Origin: Nitrospirota bacterium
GTDB taxonomy: Bacteria; Nitrospirota; UBA9217
Direction of reading: 5' to 3'
Assembly (NCBI GenBank): GCA_963845065.1
Contig: CAWJQQ010000006.1
Location: 320,001-384,000, forward strand
Length of the DNA stretch: 64,000 nucleotides
Shown here: one piece after another, positions 31,503 through 42,127 of the stretch
Position numbering within the stretch: the stretch's first letter is position 1
Layout of the letters: each line of letters begins with the position of its first letter
Translations under genes and position numbers: made by a program
The notes under the pieces: model-generated
The model's input: the letters and a program-made list of their open reading frames with translations, nothing else
Database searches by the model: none
Told to the model about the DNA's origin: nothing

Positions 31503-33614
31503 TTAAAATTTAAACCCTTGCAGCACCGTTTGGAGCGCGTCTGCTTTTGATTTGAGCGTCTGCACCGCCATATCCATTTCGATCGACACGTCGACCGTAT
31601 CCTGCGTTATCTTTTGAATGCGCGTAATCGCCTCGCTTATCTGTTGCACGCTAAGGCTCTGCTCCTGAGTAGAGCGGGCGGACTGGGCGGCCTGCACGGT
31701 GACCGACTCAACAGCATTGGCAATTTGCCTGCTGCCCGTGGTCTGCTCCTGTGTGGCACTTTTCACCTGCCGTGTGATATCGCGCATCCGCTCTGCAGCC
31801 TTCACGATCCGCTCACTCCCTATGCGTTGTTCCTGAAGTGCATTGGCAATCTGTTCAATTTGCTCAGCGATACTTATAGACGTTTCCGTGATTTGCGACA
31901 CACCCTTTGCCTGCTCACCTGTGGTCTTCTCGATGGCTCTCGCCACTTCAGCCGACTGCAGGGAACTGTCCGCCACCTGCTTAAGCACGTCACTGGTCAC
32001 GTTGACGAGGGAGACTCCGGCCTCCACGGCCTGTAGGCCACGACCCATGGCCTTTACGCTCTCTGCCGTTTCCTCCTGTACCGAAGCGATCAGTCCAGAT
32101 ATCTCCTGGGTCGACGCAGCCGTCCGCTCGGCGAGGTCCTTGATCTCTTCAGCGACAACAGCGAATCCTTTCCCGTGCTCACCTGCCTGCGCAGCAAGAA
32201 TTGCTGCATTCAGAGCGAGCAGGCTGGTCTGATCCGTCACCTCATCAATGACCTTCAGGATCTGCCCGATCTCTTGCGACCGCTTGCCGAGACGGTTCAC
32301 TACCGCAGCTGTGGCCTCGACGGTGTCTTTGATATTTTGCATGCCCCGGATCGCCTCGCTCGCGGCGGTGATACCACGCTCCGACGCGTCGCTGGAGACC
32401 CGTTCAGCCAAGCGTGACGATTCCATGGCTCGCTGCTCGACTTCCTTGACTGAAGCGCTCATCTCCGTAATCGACGACGAGGTCTGTTCTGCTGAGGCCG
32501 AAAGAGTGTCGGTGTTTTCCGATACTTGTTTGATCGAAGCAATCATCTGTTCGATGGCCGTTGCTGTATCCTCAGCGGCAGCGGCAAGGGCACCGGCATT
32601 TTTTGCGACTTCCTCGATCGATAATGCCATTTCCGACGCCGAGGTTGAGGCATCTGTTGCCGCCCGGGACATATCGCTGGTGTTTTCCGCAACGCCGCGG
32701 ATTGAAGCAACCATTTCATTCACGACCATCGCAGTTTGTTCCGTAGATTCCTGCTGGATGCGAGATCCTTGGCTCATTTTGGCCGTGGCGCCGCTCATCA
32801 TAGTCATGGCTTCGCCAAGGCCTCCACCGGTTGTCCTGACCTTGCGCAGCATCTCCGTAAGGTTAGACGACATCGTATTGATGGCGCCGGCCAGATCGGC
32901 GATTTCGTTCTGTCCTTTGATCATAATCTCCTGCGACAAGTCTCCTGCCGCCATCTTCCTGGCAGTTTTCAGCATTTCCGCTATGGGCTGTAGCATGACT
33001 TTCATTATGTAGCGAACAATAAACAATAGCAGCAATGTTCCTGCAAGACCCAAAAGTCCAAATATCCACTGTAATTTTTTAATTCTTGAATAGGACGCGC
33101 TGAGGGGTACTTTTATGTCCACAGCTCCTAGGACCGTCCCTTCGGGCACATTGTGACAGCTCAAGCAGTTTCTACCCTGATTATCTCGCTTGGCTATATA
33201 TGGATAAACACCTCTGATGTTGTCACCTTCAATGACAATTTTTTTTACGCCTTTGTCGAGAACTTCCGTTTCTATATCATCTTTTAAATAGCTTTTTTCA
33301 ACCGCGTTAAATTGCTCGTTTAATTTATCTGACCTGATTACTTTCAAATCCATTATTTTCTTCATCTGATCTATAAATAATTTCTTTGAATTTTGAAAAT
33401 CATTACTCAACATCATTGTGGTAAGGGAATTTAGAACAGTATCACTCGTTATTTCCAACGTCGATTTCTCTATCTCTTGAAGAACAATTAATCTCATCGT
33501 GTAGCCTGTAACAAGTACTGAAATAACAATACCAATAAATACGACTATAATAATGGGGTTAGCAATTTTCGAAGATAACGACATATTGCCATTTATAATT
33601 TTTTTTATTAGCAT
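31503..33614 (-). CDS. MCP with periplasmic c-type heme motif
   Basis: CLSCH just before TM2, [14 protein letters not shown] signalling tip; GAGGAG RBS. Confidence 0.9.
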   Translation of the reverse strand: MLIKKIINGNMSLSSKIANPIIIVVFIGIVISVLVTGYTMRLIVLQEIEKSTLEITSDTVLNSLTTMMLSNDFQNSKKLFIDQMKKIMDLKVIRSDKLNEQFNAVEKSYLKDDIETEVLDKGVKKIVIEGDNIRGVYPYIAKRDNQGRNCLSCHNVPEGTVLGAVDIKVPLSASYSRIKKLQWIFGLLGLAGTLLLLFIVRYIMKVMLQPIAEMLKTARKMAAGDLSQEIMIKGQNEIADLAGAINTMSSNLTEMLRKVRTTGGGLGEAMTMMSGATAKMSQGSRIQQESTEQTAMVVNEMVASIRGVAENTSDMSRAATDASTSASEMALSIEEVAKNAGALAAAAEDTATAIEQMIASIKQVSENTDTLSASAEQTSSSITEMSASVKEVEQRAMESSRLAERVSSDASERGITAASEAIRGMQNIKDTVEATAAVVNRLGKRSQEIGQILKVIDEVTDQTSLLALNAAILAAQAGEHGKGFAVVAEEIKDLAERTAASTQEISGLIASVQEETAESVKAMGRGLQAVEAGVSLVNVTSDVLKQVADSSLQSAEVARAIEKTTGEQAKGVSQITETSISIAEQIEQIANALQEQRIGSERIVKAAERMRDITRQVKSATQEQTTGSRQIANAVESVTVQAAQSARSTQEQSLSVQQISEAITRIQKITQDTVDVSIEMDMAVQTLKSKADALQTVLQGFKF

Positions 33615-33895
33615 GGTTCTACTCCTCGCTTTTTCAGTTATAGCACGTCTGCACTTTGAGAAGCATAGACCGCAAATACCTCTACCCTATTATTCAGCGG
33701 TTAGCTTTTCTGCTGCCTCGCCCTGTTCTGTTGCGCTCGAGGACAGGCTGAGAACAGAGCCTTTAACAGCAGTCTCGCAGAGCTGGCTCAGAGTCAGCGT
33801 CTTGGAGGCTTGAGCGACTTTTAAGATCGTTTGTCAAGACGTATGAGGAAAACTGCTTTTCCCCTGAACACGCGCAAATATATTTCCCACGTCGG

Positions 33896-34558
33896 CTACT
33901 TAACGACCGCCTTATGCAGGTCGAGCACAATATATAACTTGTCTCCCTGCCGCACGATGCCGCGTAGAAAGTCAGATCCTTGTTCGACGTGTTCCGGCGC
34001 GGCTTTGATTGCCTGGGGCGGGACCCTGATGACGCTATTCACCCGATCCACTATGAGTCCCACATCTTCATCATCCGTGCTGATTACGATAATACGCGCC
34101 TTTTCGTTCCGTTCCGTCGGCTTGAGGCCGAGCCGAGTACAGAGGTCGATCACAGGCAGCATTGTTCCCCTGAGCGACGTTATCCCCAGTATATAGTCGG
34201 GTGCATTCGGCACTCGTGTGAACTCGCGAATCTTGAGTACCTCCCGCACGTCTGCCACCATCACAGCATACTCCTCACTACTCAACCGGAACGAAAGCAT
34301 TTCAATTTCCTGGGCTTGCGTATCCTCCGGCTCCTTTTCGACAAGAGTCTTCGGTTTTTCCGAGACCATCTGCGGCACATGCTGAACTGCCTGAGGCACA
34401 GCAGATTCCGGGGTCGTTATGGGGGCAGGAGATCCGGTTTTTTGAACAAGCGCTTCACCTGCTGGAGTGATCGGTATATCTCCATTGAGAGCGGCTTCTG
34501 CGGCCTTCTGGGCTTGAGCCCGTTCGGCTGCTTTTTTTCGAGCGGCAAGAATATCCAT
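33896..34558 (-). CDS. cheW: CheW with N-terminal low-complexity extension
   Basis: GITSLRG.MLPVIDL and GLIVDRV motifs. Confidence 0.9.
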   Translation of the reverse strand: MDILAARKKAAERAQAQKAAEAALNGDIPITPAGEALVQKTGSPAPITTPESAVPQAVQHVPQMVSEKPKTLVEKEPEDTQAQEIEMLSFRLSSEEYAVMVADVREVLKIREFTRVPNAPDYILGITSLRGTMLPVIDLCTRLGLKPTERNEKARIIVISTDDEDVGLIVDRVNSVIRVPPQAIKAAPEHVEQGSDFLRGIVRQGDKLYIVLDLHKAVVK

Positions 34559-34656
34559 CTGTAGCTAACGCTCCATTGAATAATACATATTGAAAATGGC
34601 AAATGGTTAATTAATAAATTTGTTCTTTAGCCTTTTCATTTCGCGCATAAACTTCT

Positions 34657-35451
34657 TCACTGATCTCTCACTACGCTTTCAATAATGTCCACGCCAATCG
34701 TCATTGATCCCTTACCGAAGCCTTCGATGAGCGCATTTGCCGCAATATTGTTTATGCGTCGTGGGACGCCTCCAGACTGTTGATACATGAGTGTCAGCGC
34801 CCGTTCATCGAAAAGCGGGGACGCTCTTCCTGCGACCTTAAGCCGGTATTGCACGTAGGCTGTCGTCTCGTCCGCGTCAAGCGGTCCAAGGTGGTATTGT
34901 ATGCTGATACGCTGCCTGAGCGCTTGATAGGGACGAAGCTTCAGCCGCTCACGGAGCTCAGTCTGGCCGATCAGGACGAGAGCTAGGAGGTTGCGGTCGT
35001 CGAGCTGAAAATTCGTGAGTAGTCGCAGTTCCTCGAACGTTGCCTTCCCAGGGATGAGCTGGGCTTCATCGATGATGATCACCGGCCGCTTGCCTTTTTC
35101 GTAGAGTTCGTAGAGTCTTGTGTTGATCCCTTCGAGAATCCCATGCCTGAACCGCGTCGAATCGTTCAAACCAAGGCGAAGCGCTACAGTGCGTAGGAGC
35201 TGCGACGGCGAGAGCCGAGGATTAATGATCAGGAGAGGGTAATAACTCTCATCCAGCGAGTCGATGAATGCGCGGGACAACGTAGTTTTTCCCGATCCTA
35301 TCTCGCCGGTGAGAAGAACAATGTCCTGTTCCTCGACGGCGTGCTGGAGACGTGCGAGCGCTTCCGCATGTTTTTTGCTTTGATACAGAAAACGCGGATC
35401 GGGCGTTTTCCCGAACGGTTTTTCTTTCAGTCCATAAAAATCTACGTACAC
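34657..35451 (-). CDS. ExeA/GspA-like AAA ATPase
   Basis: FYGLKEKPF..TPDP, GEIGSGKT, IIDEAQ, GQ.EL and GVPRRIN motifs. Confidence 0.9.
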   Translation of the reverse strand: MYVDFYGLKEKPFGKTPDPRFLYQSKKHAEALARLQHAVEEQDIVLLTGEIGSGKTTLSRAFIDSLDESYYPLLIINPRLSPSQLLRTVALRLGLNDSTRFRHGILEGINTRLYELYEKGKRPVIIIDEAQLIPGKATFEELRLLTNFQLDDRNLLALVLIGQTELRERLKLRPYQALRQRISIQYHLGPLDADETTAYVQYRLKVAGRASPLFDERALTLMYQQSGGVPRRINNIAANALIEGFGKGSMTIGVDIIESVVRDQ

Positions 35452-35487
35452 AACAGCCCCCCCCAGCCCCTGGTACAGTTGTCACTC

Positions 35488-37491
35488 CTATCTTATCGTA
35501 GATACAATGGTTTTCTTTAGCGTACCTTCGATAAGCGATTCGACATCAAGAACAAGAACCACGCCCTTGCTTTCGCCAAGCTCGGTCGCCCCGGATATTC
35601 CAGGTATGTCAGATAGCCGTTTCCCCAGCGGTTTAATCACGATCTCCTGCTGGTCACGAAGCGCATCGACAATAATCCCAAGCCGTCGTTCGGCAAGTCC
35701 CACGAGAATTACGTAGAAAGCGCCCCGCTTACGACCTTCCGGCAGATTAAACATGCGGCTGACCCGGAGAAGCGGAACTGTGTCGTTCCTGACCGCCATT
35801 ACCTCGCGCCCTTCCACAGTCTCTATCTGGTCCGATGAAGTCTGCAGGATCTCGAGGACAGAGCTGAGCGGAATCGCAAAGAGCTGACCTCCACTCTCGA
35901 TGATCAGTGCCTTGATTATAGCAAGTGTAATGGGAAGTGTGAGCGTGAAGATCGTCCCCTGTCCGGGCTCGCTCTGGATGTCGATCATCCCGGAAAGTTT
36001 TGAGACGTTCCGTTTCACCACATCCATTCCGACACCGCGGCCCGACAGTTCGGTGACGGTGTCGCGCGTCGTGAAACCGGGCAGAAAGATCAGATCAAGC
36101 ATGTCCTTTCGATCGTTCTCGGGATCGAGACCATGGTCCGGTGCAATAAGCCCTTTTTCCACAGCCTTGGCCGCAAGCGCAGCAGCGTCCATACCGGAAC
36201 CGTCGTCCTCGATCGTTATAACCACACGGGTGCCTTTGGGAAAGGCGGTCAGCCTCACGATCCCCTTTGCGGGCTTGCCGATTTGTTTCCGGACATCCGG
36301 CAATTCAATTCCGTGGTCAATCGCATTCCGGATAAGATGCATGAGCGGATCGGCAAGGTCCTCGATCATAAGCTTGTCGAGCTCAGTCTCCTCACCCTGC
36401 AGCTCGAGTTCGATATCCTTTCCCGCTTCTTTGGCATACTTTCGGACCAACTGGGAAAGACGGGTAAAGATCTGGCCGATGGGTACCATTCTGACCTCGA
36501 GAATACCTTCCTGAAGTTCATTCAGCTTCCGTTCAAGGCTACGATGGGCCTTGTGCAGCTCCGCAGAAAAACCCGTGAAACCCTGCAGGGCCCGCAACTC
36601 CTTGCCAATCCTGCCTATAACGTTCTTAAGTAGGTGCATTTCTCCGACGATATTCATAAGATTATCGAGCTTATAGATGTCGACACGAACGGTGTTACTA
36701 ACTGACTTGAGCGCACCAGCATCAGCCTTCGGCTCTTCTGCCTTGCGGCCCTCGGTGTACGATATCTTTTCAATTGTCACACGGGGCATCTTTATTGCCG
36801 AAGCGATAGTTACCTGGTCTTCCTTGGTTCCGATGACAATCGTGAAACTGATGCCTGCCCCCCCGCCTGCCGTAGGCAACGTGCAGATAATCTCGCCGAA
36901 CTTTTTGAGCGTTCCATTGAGATCCTTGATCGATGTTTCAAAATCTGAGAGCTCGAATTCTGCCTTGAGCTGGTAAAGGTTCTTCTGCTCACGTACGCAT
37001 TCCTTGAGCCGGTGCTCCTCATATTCGGTTAGAACCTGCAGGATGCCACGGTCCAAATTGATCTGCTCGGCAAGGGCACGTTCTCGGGCATCGGACGGCT
37101 TTGCCTTGAGGATCGCATCAATGCGCGCCCGAGCAGCCGTTATGTCCTCGAATGGCTGAGATAAACCCGCCTGTTGCACGAGTCTGCCGAGTTGGGACAC
37201 GGTCTCCATCAGGATATCAACTGCATCTCGGCTGAGTCCCACCTTGCCGAGTCGGAGTTCGTCTAGAAGAAACTCAAGTTTGTGAGACAGTTCCGATGGC
37301 TCCTTAAGCTCAAACATGCCCGCAAGCCCCTTGAATGAGTGGATAGCGCGAAACAGGGAATTCACGACATCGGGGTCGATGAGGCCTGCAGCCTGCCCGG
37401 AGTCTAGCGCGAGTAGCGCCTGATTTGCCGACTCTAGGATGTCTTCAGCTTCCGCTAGAAAATCTTTTATGGAACGATCGGTCTTCGACAT
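35488..37491 (-). CDS. cheA: Chemotaxis histidine kinase
   Basis: HPt HSFKG, HLIRNAIDHG, DDGSG, SGRGVGMD, C-terminal CheW domain; start set at MSKTDR. Confidence 0.95.
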   Translation of the reverse strand: MSKTDRSIKDFLAEAEDILESANQALLALDSGQAAGLIDPDVVNSLFRAIHSFKGLAGMFELKEPSELSHKLEFLLDELRLGKVGLSRDAVDILMETVSQLGRLVQQAGLSQPFEDITAARARIDAILKAKPSDARERALAEQINLDRGILQVLTEYEEHRLKECVREQKNLYQLKAEFELSDFETSIKDLNGTLKKFGEIICTLPTAGGGAGISFTIVIGTKEDQVTIASAIKMPRVTIEKISYTEGRKAEEPKADAGALKSVSNTVRVDIYKLDNLMNIVGEMHLLKNVIGRIGKELRALQGFTGFSAELHKAHRSLERKLNELQEGILEVRMVPIGQIFTRLSQLVRKYAKEAGKDIELELQGEETELDKLMIEDLADPLMHLIRNAIDHGIELPDVRKQIGKPAKGIVRLTAFPKGTRVVITIEDDGSGMDAAALAAKAVEKGLIAPDHGLDPENDRKDMLDLIFLPGFTTRDTVTELSGRGVGMDVVKRNVSKLSGMIDIQSEPGQGTIFTLTLPITLAIIKALIIESGGQLFAIPLSSVLEILQTSSDQIETVEGREVMAVRNDTVPLLRVSRMFNLPEGRKRGAFYVILVGLAERRLGIIVDALRDQQEIVIKPLGKRLSDIPGISGATELGESKGVVLVLDVESLIEGTLKKTIVSTIR

Positions 37492-37606
37492 TTCTCCCCG
37501 ATTCAAATACAGTATTTGATGATCGGAATTCGGAATACAGGATCGCATCGTCGGTATGTTGCATGGCCGTGCTTCTCAATCCGCATACCGTAATCACTAA
37601 TACACA

Positions 37607-37981
37607 TTAAGCTTTCCCTTCCAATACTCTCATGACGATGGCCATGAGATCTTCCTTTTTGAATGGCTTTACAACATATCCGGAAGCCCCGAGGGCAAGC
37701 CCCCTTTTTTTATCTTCCTCCGTTTTTTCCGTACTCACGATGATGAGTGGGATCGTGCTGTACTCGGGGTTCGATTTTACGTAACCAATGAGCTCCAGGC
37801 CGTTGATGTCGGGCATGTTGATGTCGGTGATTATCAGGTCCAGGTGTTGCATAGGGAGAGCCTTGAGCGCCTCAAATCCATTCCCTGCTTCGGCCACAAA
37901 AAAACCACCCGCCTCCTCGAGCGCCACACGAATCAATGAACGAATGGCTTTGGAATCCTCAACGACAAGCACATTCCTCAT
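37607..37981 (-). CDS. cheY: CheY-like single receiver protein
   Basis: VVEDS, TDINMP, ST and KPF motifs. Confidence 0.85.
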   Translation of the reverse strand: MRNVLVVEDSKAIRSLIRVALEEAGGFFVAEAGNGFEALKALPMQHLDLIITDINMPDINGLELIGYVKSNPEYSTIPLIIVSTEKTEEDKKRGLALGASGYVVKPFKKEDLMAIVMRVLEGKA

Positions 37982-39147
37982 GGTTTCTCCTTCTGTAGTT
38001 CTGCAATCCGCTTTTCGAGCAGCGTCTTTTCCAGAGCCATACCTGCCTGGTTCATAAATATCTCAAGGGCGTCAACACCTCGGATAGGCTTGTGATCAGG
38101 AAGGTTGTCTCCGTACACGACCAGCGCGATCTTGCCGTCAACGATCAGTGGTATCGCCAGCACGGAAACGGGTAGGGTGCCGCCGAGTTCGCTTGTCAGA
38201 AAGGCATTGCACTCATTCTGTTCCAACTCTCCAACGTAACTGCGACGCGAGTCTATTACGGTAAGAAACAGGGAGGGTTTATTCAGCGGAATTTTGATGT
38301 TCCTAACAACCTGGTCCGCAGATTTGCCTTTAAGTTCTATGCCGAACTGGCCCAGGCCTCGGACTTCATTTTTTTTCACCATGAACAGTATCGCCCTGTT
38401 CACAACCTCGCTTGCATAGCGGAGAATAAGGAGCGTAACCTCCGCAGTCGCGGTTGGAAATCGGAGTTCGTCGAACATGGATTTGAGAGCGGCGAGGTCG
38501 CGGCGAGGTTCTTCTTTTTCAATCCTAGTCCGGAATTCTTCCCTGGCTGGTTCATAGCTGGGAGGGTGAACAATCGATGGCTTTGGTGGCCGGGCAGTTA
38601 TCGGTTCAGACCGCGAACCGAACGGTTTTCGTTCGCCTTGCCGCCTCTCATCGAGCAGTCGCGTGCCTTCCATGAGCAAGTATTCAGCGCTAATCCCCGA
38701 CTTGAGGAGGAACTCCTGAGTGTCGATTTCGATCTTGTCCTTGGGCGCAATCTCACCGAGTTCGAAGTTGAAGAATCCTTCCTCCCACGCAAGTAGGTCA
38801 TAGACTATCTCCTCGATCTGTTTCCGAACAACGCTTTCGAGCTTCTGCGTTGATACAGCCCCCATTTCCACGAGGATCATGCCGAGGGGCTTGTCGGTTT
38901 CCCTTTTCTGCAAAGTCAACGCATGCGACAACGACGCTTCGGCCAGCATACCCTGCGATACGAGAATATTGCCGAGTGAGTCCCGGATGTTATCGCTTGC
39001 AGCCTGTATCACCTGACCATCTTTGAATACGACCATACCCGTCCCTTTACGGCTTCGTACAACAAGGGTACCGGTTTTTTTGCTCAGACTGATAATCTGG
39101 AAGATATCAGGCAGCGCAAGATCTTCCAGCCTGCCGACAAGGCTCAT
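37978..39147 (-). CDS. DUF4388 (PATAN-like) + GAF-like protein
   Basis: GRLEDLALPDIFQII...KTGTL, LG.ILV repeats, W.EG.F.F; C-terminal GAF-like segment. Confidence 0.8.
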   Translation of the reverse strand: MSLVGRLEDLALPDIFQIISLSKKTGTLVVRSRKGTGMVVFKDGQVIQAASDNIRDSLGNILVSQGMLAEASLSHALTLQKRETDKPLGMILVEMGAVSTQKLESVVRKQIEEIVYDLLAWEEGFFNFELGEIAPKDKIEIDTQEFLLKSGISAEYLLMEGTRLLDERRQGERKPFGSRSEPITARPPKPSIVHPPSYEPAREEFRTRIEKEEPRRDLAALKSMFDELRFPTATAEVTLLILRYASEVVNRAILFMVKKNEVRGLGQFGIELKGKSADQVVRNIKIPLNKPSLFLTVIDSRRSYVGELEQNECNAFLTSELGGTLPVSVLAIPLIVDGKIALVVYGDNLPDHKPIRGVDALEIFMNQAGMALEKTLLEKRIAELQKEKP

Positions 39148-39177
39148 GCAATCTCCCTAATAAGCATAATCCCCGAA

Positions 39178-39205
39178 ATTATAGCAGTTTAAGTAAAAAA
39201 TGCAA
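39178..39205 (-). promoter_or_regulatory. Sigma-70-type promoter at the head of the che cluster
   Basis: TTGCAT-N16-TATAAT with extended TG. Confidence 0.5.
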
Positions 39206-39548
39206 GGTTAATTAATCAGTTAGGACAGCTGGCGATGAAAAAAATGGTGGTTTAAGGGATGACGCAGTCGCTTACAAGAGAGACTTCCTTGTTCGTAGAA
39301 TTCCCTATAAAATGCTGGGAGTGTAAAACATTGTGGCGGTTACTCCCTTCAATCTTCCCTCCGTCTTTTCTTCCTCGGTTCTTACGTTAAGAAGCATCGG
39401 TTTTGTTAGATTGATTCAAATATATTATTCCCTTGAAAAGGCAAATAATTACTAACAAGGCACCGAGACACGGAGGAAACCCATCACCTTTTTTAAAAAT
39501 GGGACAGGTATTCTCTTAAAAATATATTTATCACCTTTGCCATAAAAA

Positions 39549-39650
39549 CCTCAGTTCTTTAAAACTGGGGATGAAGGCTGCTCATAGCGAAGCGTTAGCT
39601 GAATCGCCTATGCTTGACCGGAGACCACGGGCTTTAGCCCGTGTGTGGTT
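39549..39650. mobile_element. Non-autonomous IS200/IS605-like remnant (paired end hairpins)
   Basis: Hairpins CCTCAGTT-CTTTAA-AACTGGGG (39549-39570) and CACGGGC-TTTA-GCCCGTG (39626-39643). Confidence 0.5.
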
Positions 39651-39809
39651 CTTTGCAGACCTGTGATTTTATGAAATCTCTGTAATCTTCCTAGGAATCA
39701 ATGTATTACATGTGTCTTTGATTCACCCATGTTTTGTGCATTTTACCAACAGCAGGGGATTCTTTCTGGTTGCCAATCCTTATTAAACGAAAAGACGAAA
39801 GACCTTGTA

Positions 39810-40307
39810 TTACGTACTCCGGTAATTGTCGAACTGCAACTCGATCCCGAAATCTTTCCCTTTCAAAAGCGTGATGACTGATTGGAGGTCGTCCCTGCTC
39901 TTACCAGATATACGAACTTGGTCCGCCTGAATCGACGCCTGCACCTTGATCTTGGAATCCTTGATTGATTTCACGATTTCCTTGGCTTTATCCGTTGGAA
40001 TGCCTTGCTGCAGTGTCAGTCGCTGACGCACTGTGCCTGCGAGTGCCGCTTCTACCTTGCCATACGATACGTTCTTGATTGGCACGCCGCGCTTCACAAG
40101 CTTGTTCTGCAGGATATCGATCACGCTCTTAAGCTTGTACTCGTCATCAGAAATGATCACGAGCCCTTCCTTTTCCTGCATTATATCCGATTTGCTGCCT
40201 TTGAAATCAAAGCGCTGGCTAATCTCCTTTAGTGTCTGGGTGACCGCGTTAGTCACCTCGGACATGTTAATCTTTGAGACAACATCAAACGAGTTCTCTG
40301 CAGCCAT
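39810..40307 (-). CDS. yajQ: YajQ-family nucleotide/c-di-GMP-binding protein
   Basis: [29 protein letters not shown] and LQFDNYR motifs. Confidence 0.93.
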   Translation of the reverse strand: MAAENSFDVVSKINMSEVTNAVTQTLKEISQRFDFKGSKSDIMQEKEGLVIISDDEYKLKSVIDILQNKLVKRGVPIKNVSYGKVEAALAGTVRQRLTLQQGIPTDKAKEIVKSIKDSKIKVQASIQADQVRISGKSRDDLQSVITLLKGKDFGIELQFDNYRST

Positions 40308-40439
40308 AGATCCTCCTGGAAGAAACATACAGTACTTAACAGAGTAAATAGGGAAGCGCGAATATTTTTTTTACCTTCACCGGTCAACGAATTACCTTTT
40401 ACGGCTACCCCCTCCTACCTTCTGTCTGCCACTTACTGC

Positions 40440-41102
40440 TTACTGATCTATTATCTCCGTCCCTTTTGGTATTTTAAAAGAAAAAAGCCTGCCATCAACT
40501 GAGGCCCCCTCTTGTACGTCTGAAAATATAATTTCCGTCTTGTTCCCTGACTTATCGGAAATCGTAATATTCGAAATGCGGCCTTTTTCATCTGTCACGA
40601 GGTTCAGCTTTTTCATAGCCGCACCCGGCTTCTTGGGCAAGAGCTCCAGCGACAAGGGCGATTTCGGGTCTGGCTGGACCACGTCGAAATCTTCCCTCAT
40701 GCTGGCAGCACCAAACAAGAACGTCACAGGAACATTCATCTGTTGCACGTCCGCAAAGGTCTTCTTAATCAACTGTTGACTTTTTTTTGAATAGAACAGG
40801 GCGGTCTTGCCGTCAACCATGAGCACCTGGCCGTTCGTGTAATCAATCCGGAGCTTGCCCGGCTTTGTCATCCAAAGCGTGCCTTCGAACGTTTGCGTCT
40901 TGCCGATTGCTTTGAGGAGGTTCTTCTGCGTCACCTTGGCCGTTAAGCTCTGCACATCGCTATAGTGGTTCTCCACAAGGGAGACAACTTGTTGAACGGT
41001 CTGAGCATGTGCAGGTCTTACTACAAGGGTCAGATAGGAAATAAAAAAAATAATGACTGAATTAAAAATGAGCTTATTCGATGCAACCAAATTTGTGGAC
41101 AT
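40440..41102 (-). CDS. lolA: Outer-membrane lipoprotein carrier LolA
   Basis: Signal peptide (AHA), KPGKLRIDY, DGKT, L.L.PK and F.FKIPKG motifs; near ftsK. Confidence 0.85.
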   Translation of the reverse strand: MSTNLVASNKLIFNSVIIFFISYLTLVVRPAHAQTVQQVVSLVENHYSDVQSLTAKVTQKNLLKAIGKTQTFEGTLWMTKPGKLRIDYTNGQVLMVDGKTALFYSKKSQQLIKKTFADVQQMNVPVTFLFGAASMREDFDVVQPDPKSPLSLELLPKKPGAAMKKLNLVTDEKGRISNITISDKSGNKTEIIFSDVQEGASVDGRLFSFKIPKGTEIIDQ

Positions 41103-41192
41103 CCCTGCCTCCAATGATAAAATTCTACCATAAAAAAAGCCTTCCAAGAAGACTAAAAGAACGACCCAACAACTACTAAAATCTCAGCGCTC

Positions 41193-41969
41193 TCATTTGC
41201 ACTTCCACTGTGTGTACAGTTTTTCAAGGCTTCTCTCATCGACAAGGACGAGAAAGCCGCCACCGCGATGAAGGGTGACGAGCACGCCATAATCCTGAAG
41301 TTTCGCAGCTGTGGCAACTTCCGCAGCTGAATTCCACACCTCATTAAGATTACACAATCGTTTGCCCCTCGCATCATTGAAATGTTCGCGAGCATCGCTT
41401 CGCAACCGGACGATATGAATATGGAGTTGGTCCTGGGTTCTTGACCCTGGTGGGTTGATCACAAGTGCGATGGTATCTTCTTTTGCAATGCGCTTTCGCG
41501 CAATGGTCCATGCCTTACCCCAGATATTGGCAGGACGCTTTGGATCTTCAATGCCGGTGATCTGTGCGCGCGGAATAATGAGGCCATGAACAAAGTCGGA
41601 AGGACAGCCGCACATTTTTCTGTCGCGAATCACGACGTAATCGGCGGTCTCTTCCCAGACATCCGTCGTTGCCTTACAATCGCGATTCTGAGCGCAGGGG
41701 CTTTCGAGTCTCGGGGCAGGGCAATGCTGGCAATAGTCCGGTGCGTGGATATCGAGACAGCTTGAGACGATGGTGAGAAGAGCATCCCGAGATTCTGTGG
41801 CACATGCACTCTCTGATATAGATAGAGCAGCGGCAAGCAAAAGGTAGAGGAGAATTGCATGTATATAACGAAAAGAAAGTAAGCGCAAAGGACTCCTGGT
41901 TACTGTCGCGTGCTTGCAATAAGGCCGGCAGAGATATCCGATCCTCTGGAGGATAAACTGGTCCGGCAT
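41193..41969 (-). CDS. cdh: CDP-diacylglycerol pyrophosphatase-like protein
   Basis: IP..ITGIEDP and IN...RTQDQLHIHI motifs; signal-like N-terminus; start uncertain. Confidence 0.75.
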   Translation of the reverse strand: MPDQFILQRIGYLCRPYCKHATVTRSPLRLLSFRYIHAILLYLLLAAALSISESACATESRDALLTIVSSCLDIHAPDYCQHCPAPRLESPCAQNRDCKATTDVWEETADYVVIRDRKMCGCPSDFVHGLIIPRAQITGIEDPKRPANIWGKAWTIARKRIAKEDTIALVINPPGSRTQDQLHIHIVRLRSDAREHFNDARGKRLCNLNEVWNSAAEVATAAKLQDYGVLVTLHRGGGFLVLVDERSLEKLYTQWKCK

Positions 41970-42127
41970 TGATTTTTGCTCTGGTGTTTTAAATTACTTA
42001 CGTATCAGCAATTGTGAAAGATTAGACCTTGATAGACACCTTGTCGTTCTTTTTTAATTTGCTTCTAAGGAGCTCATCCTGTCTTTTCGGTGATCACCCT
42101 GGCGAACACACCTTCGTTGATTCGCGT

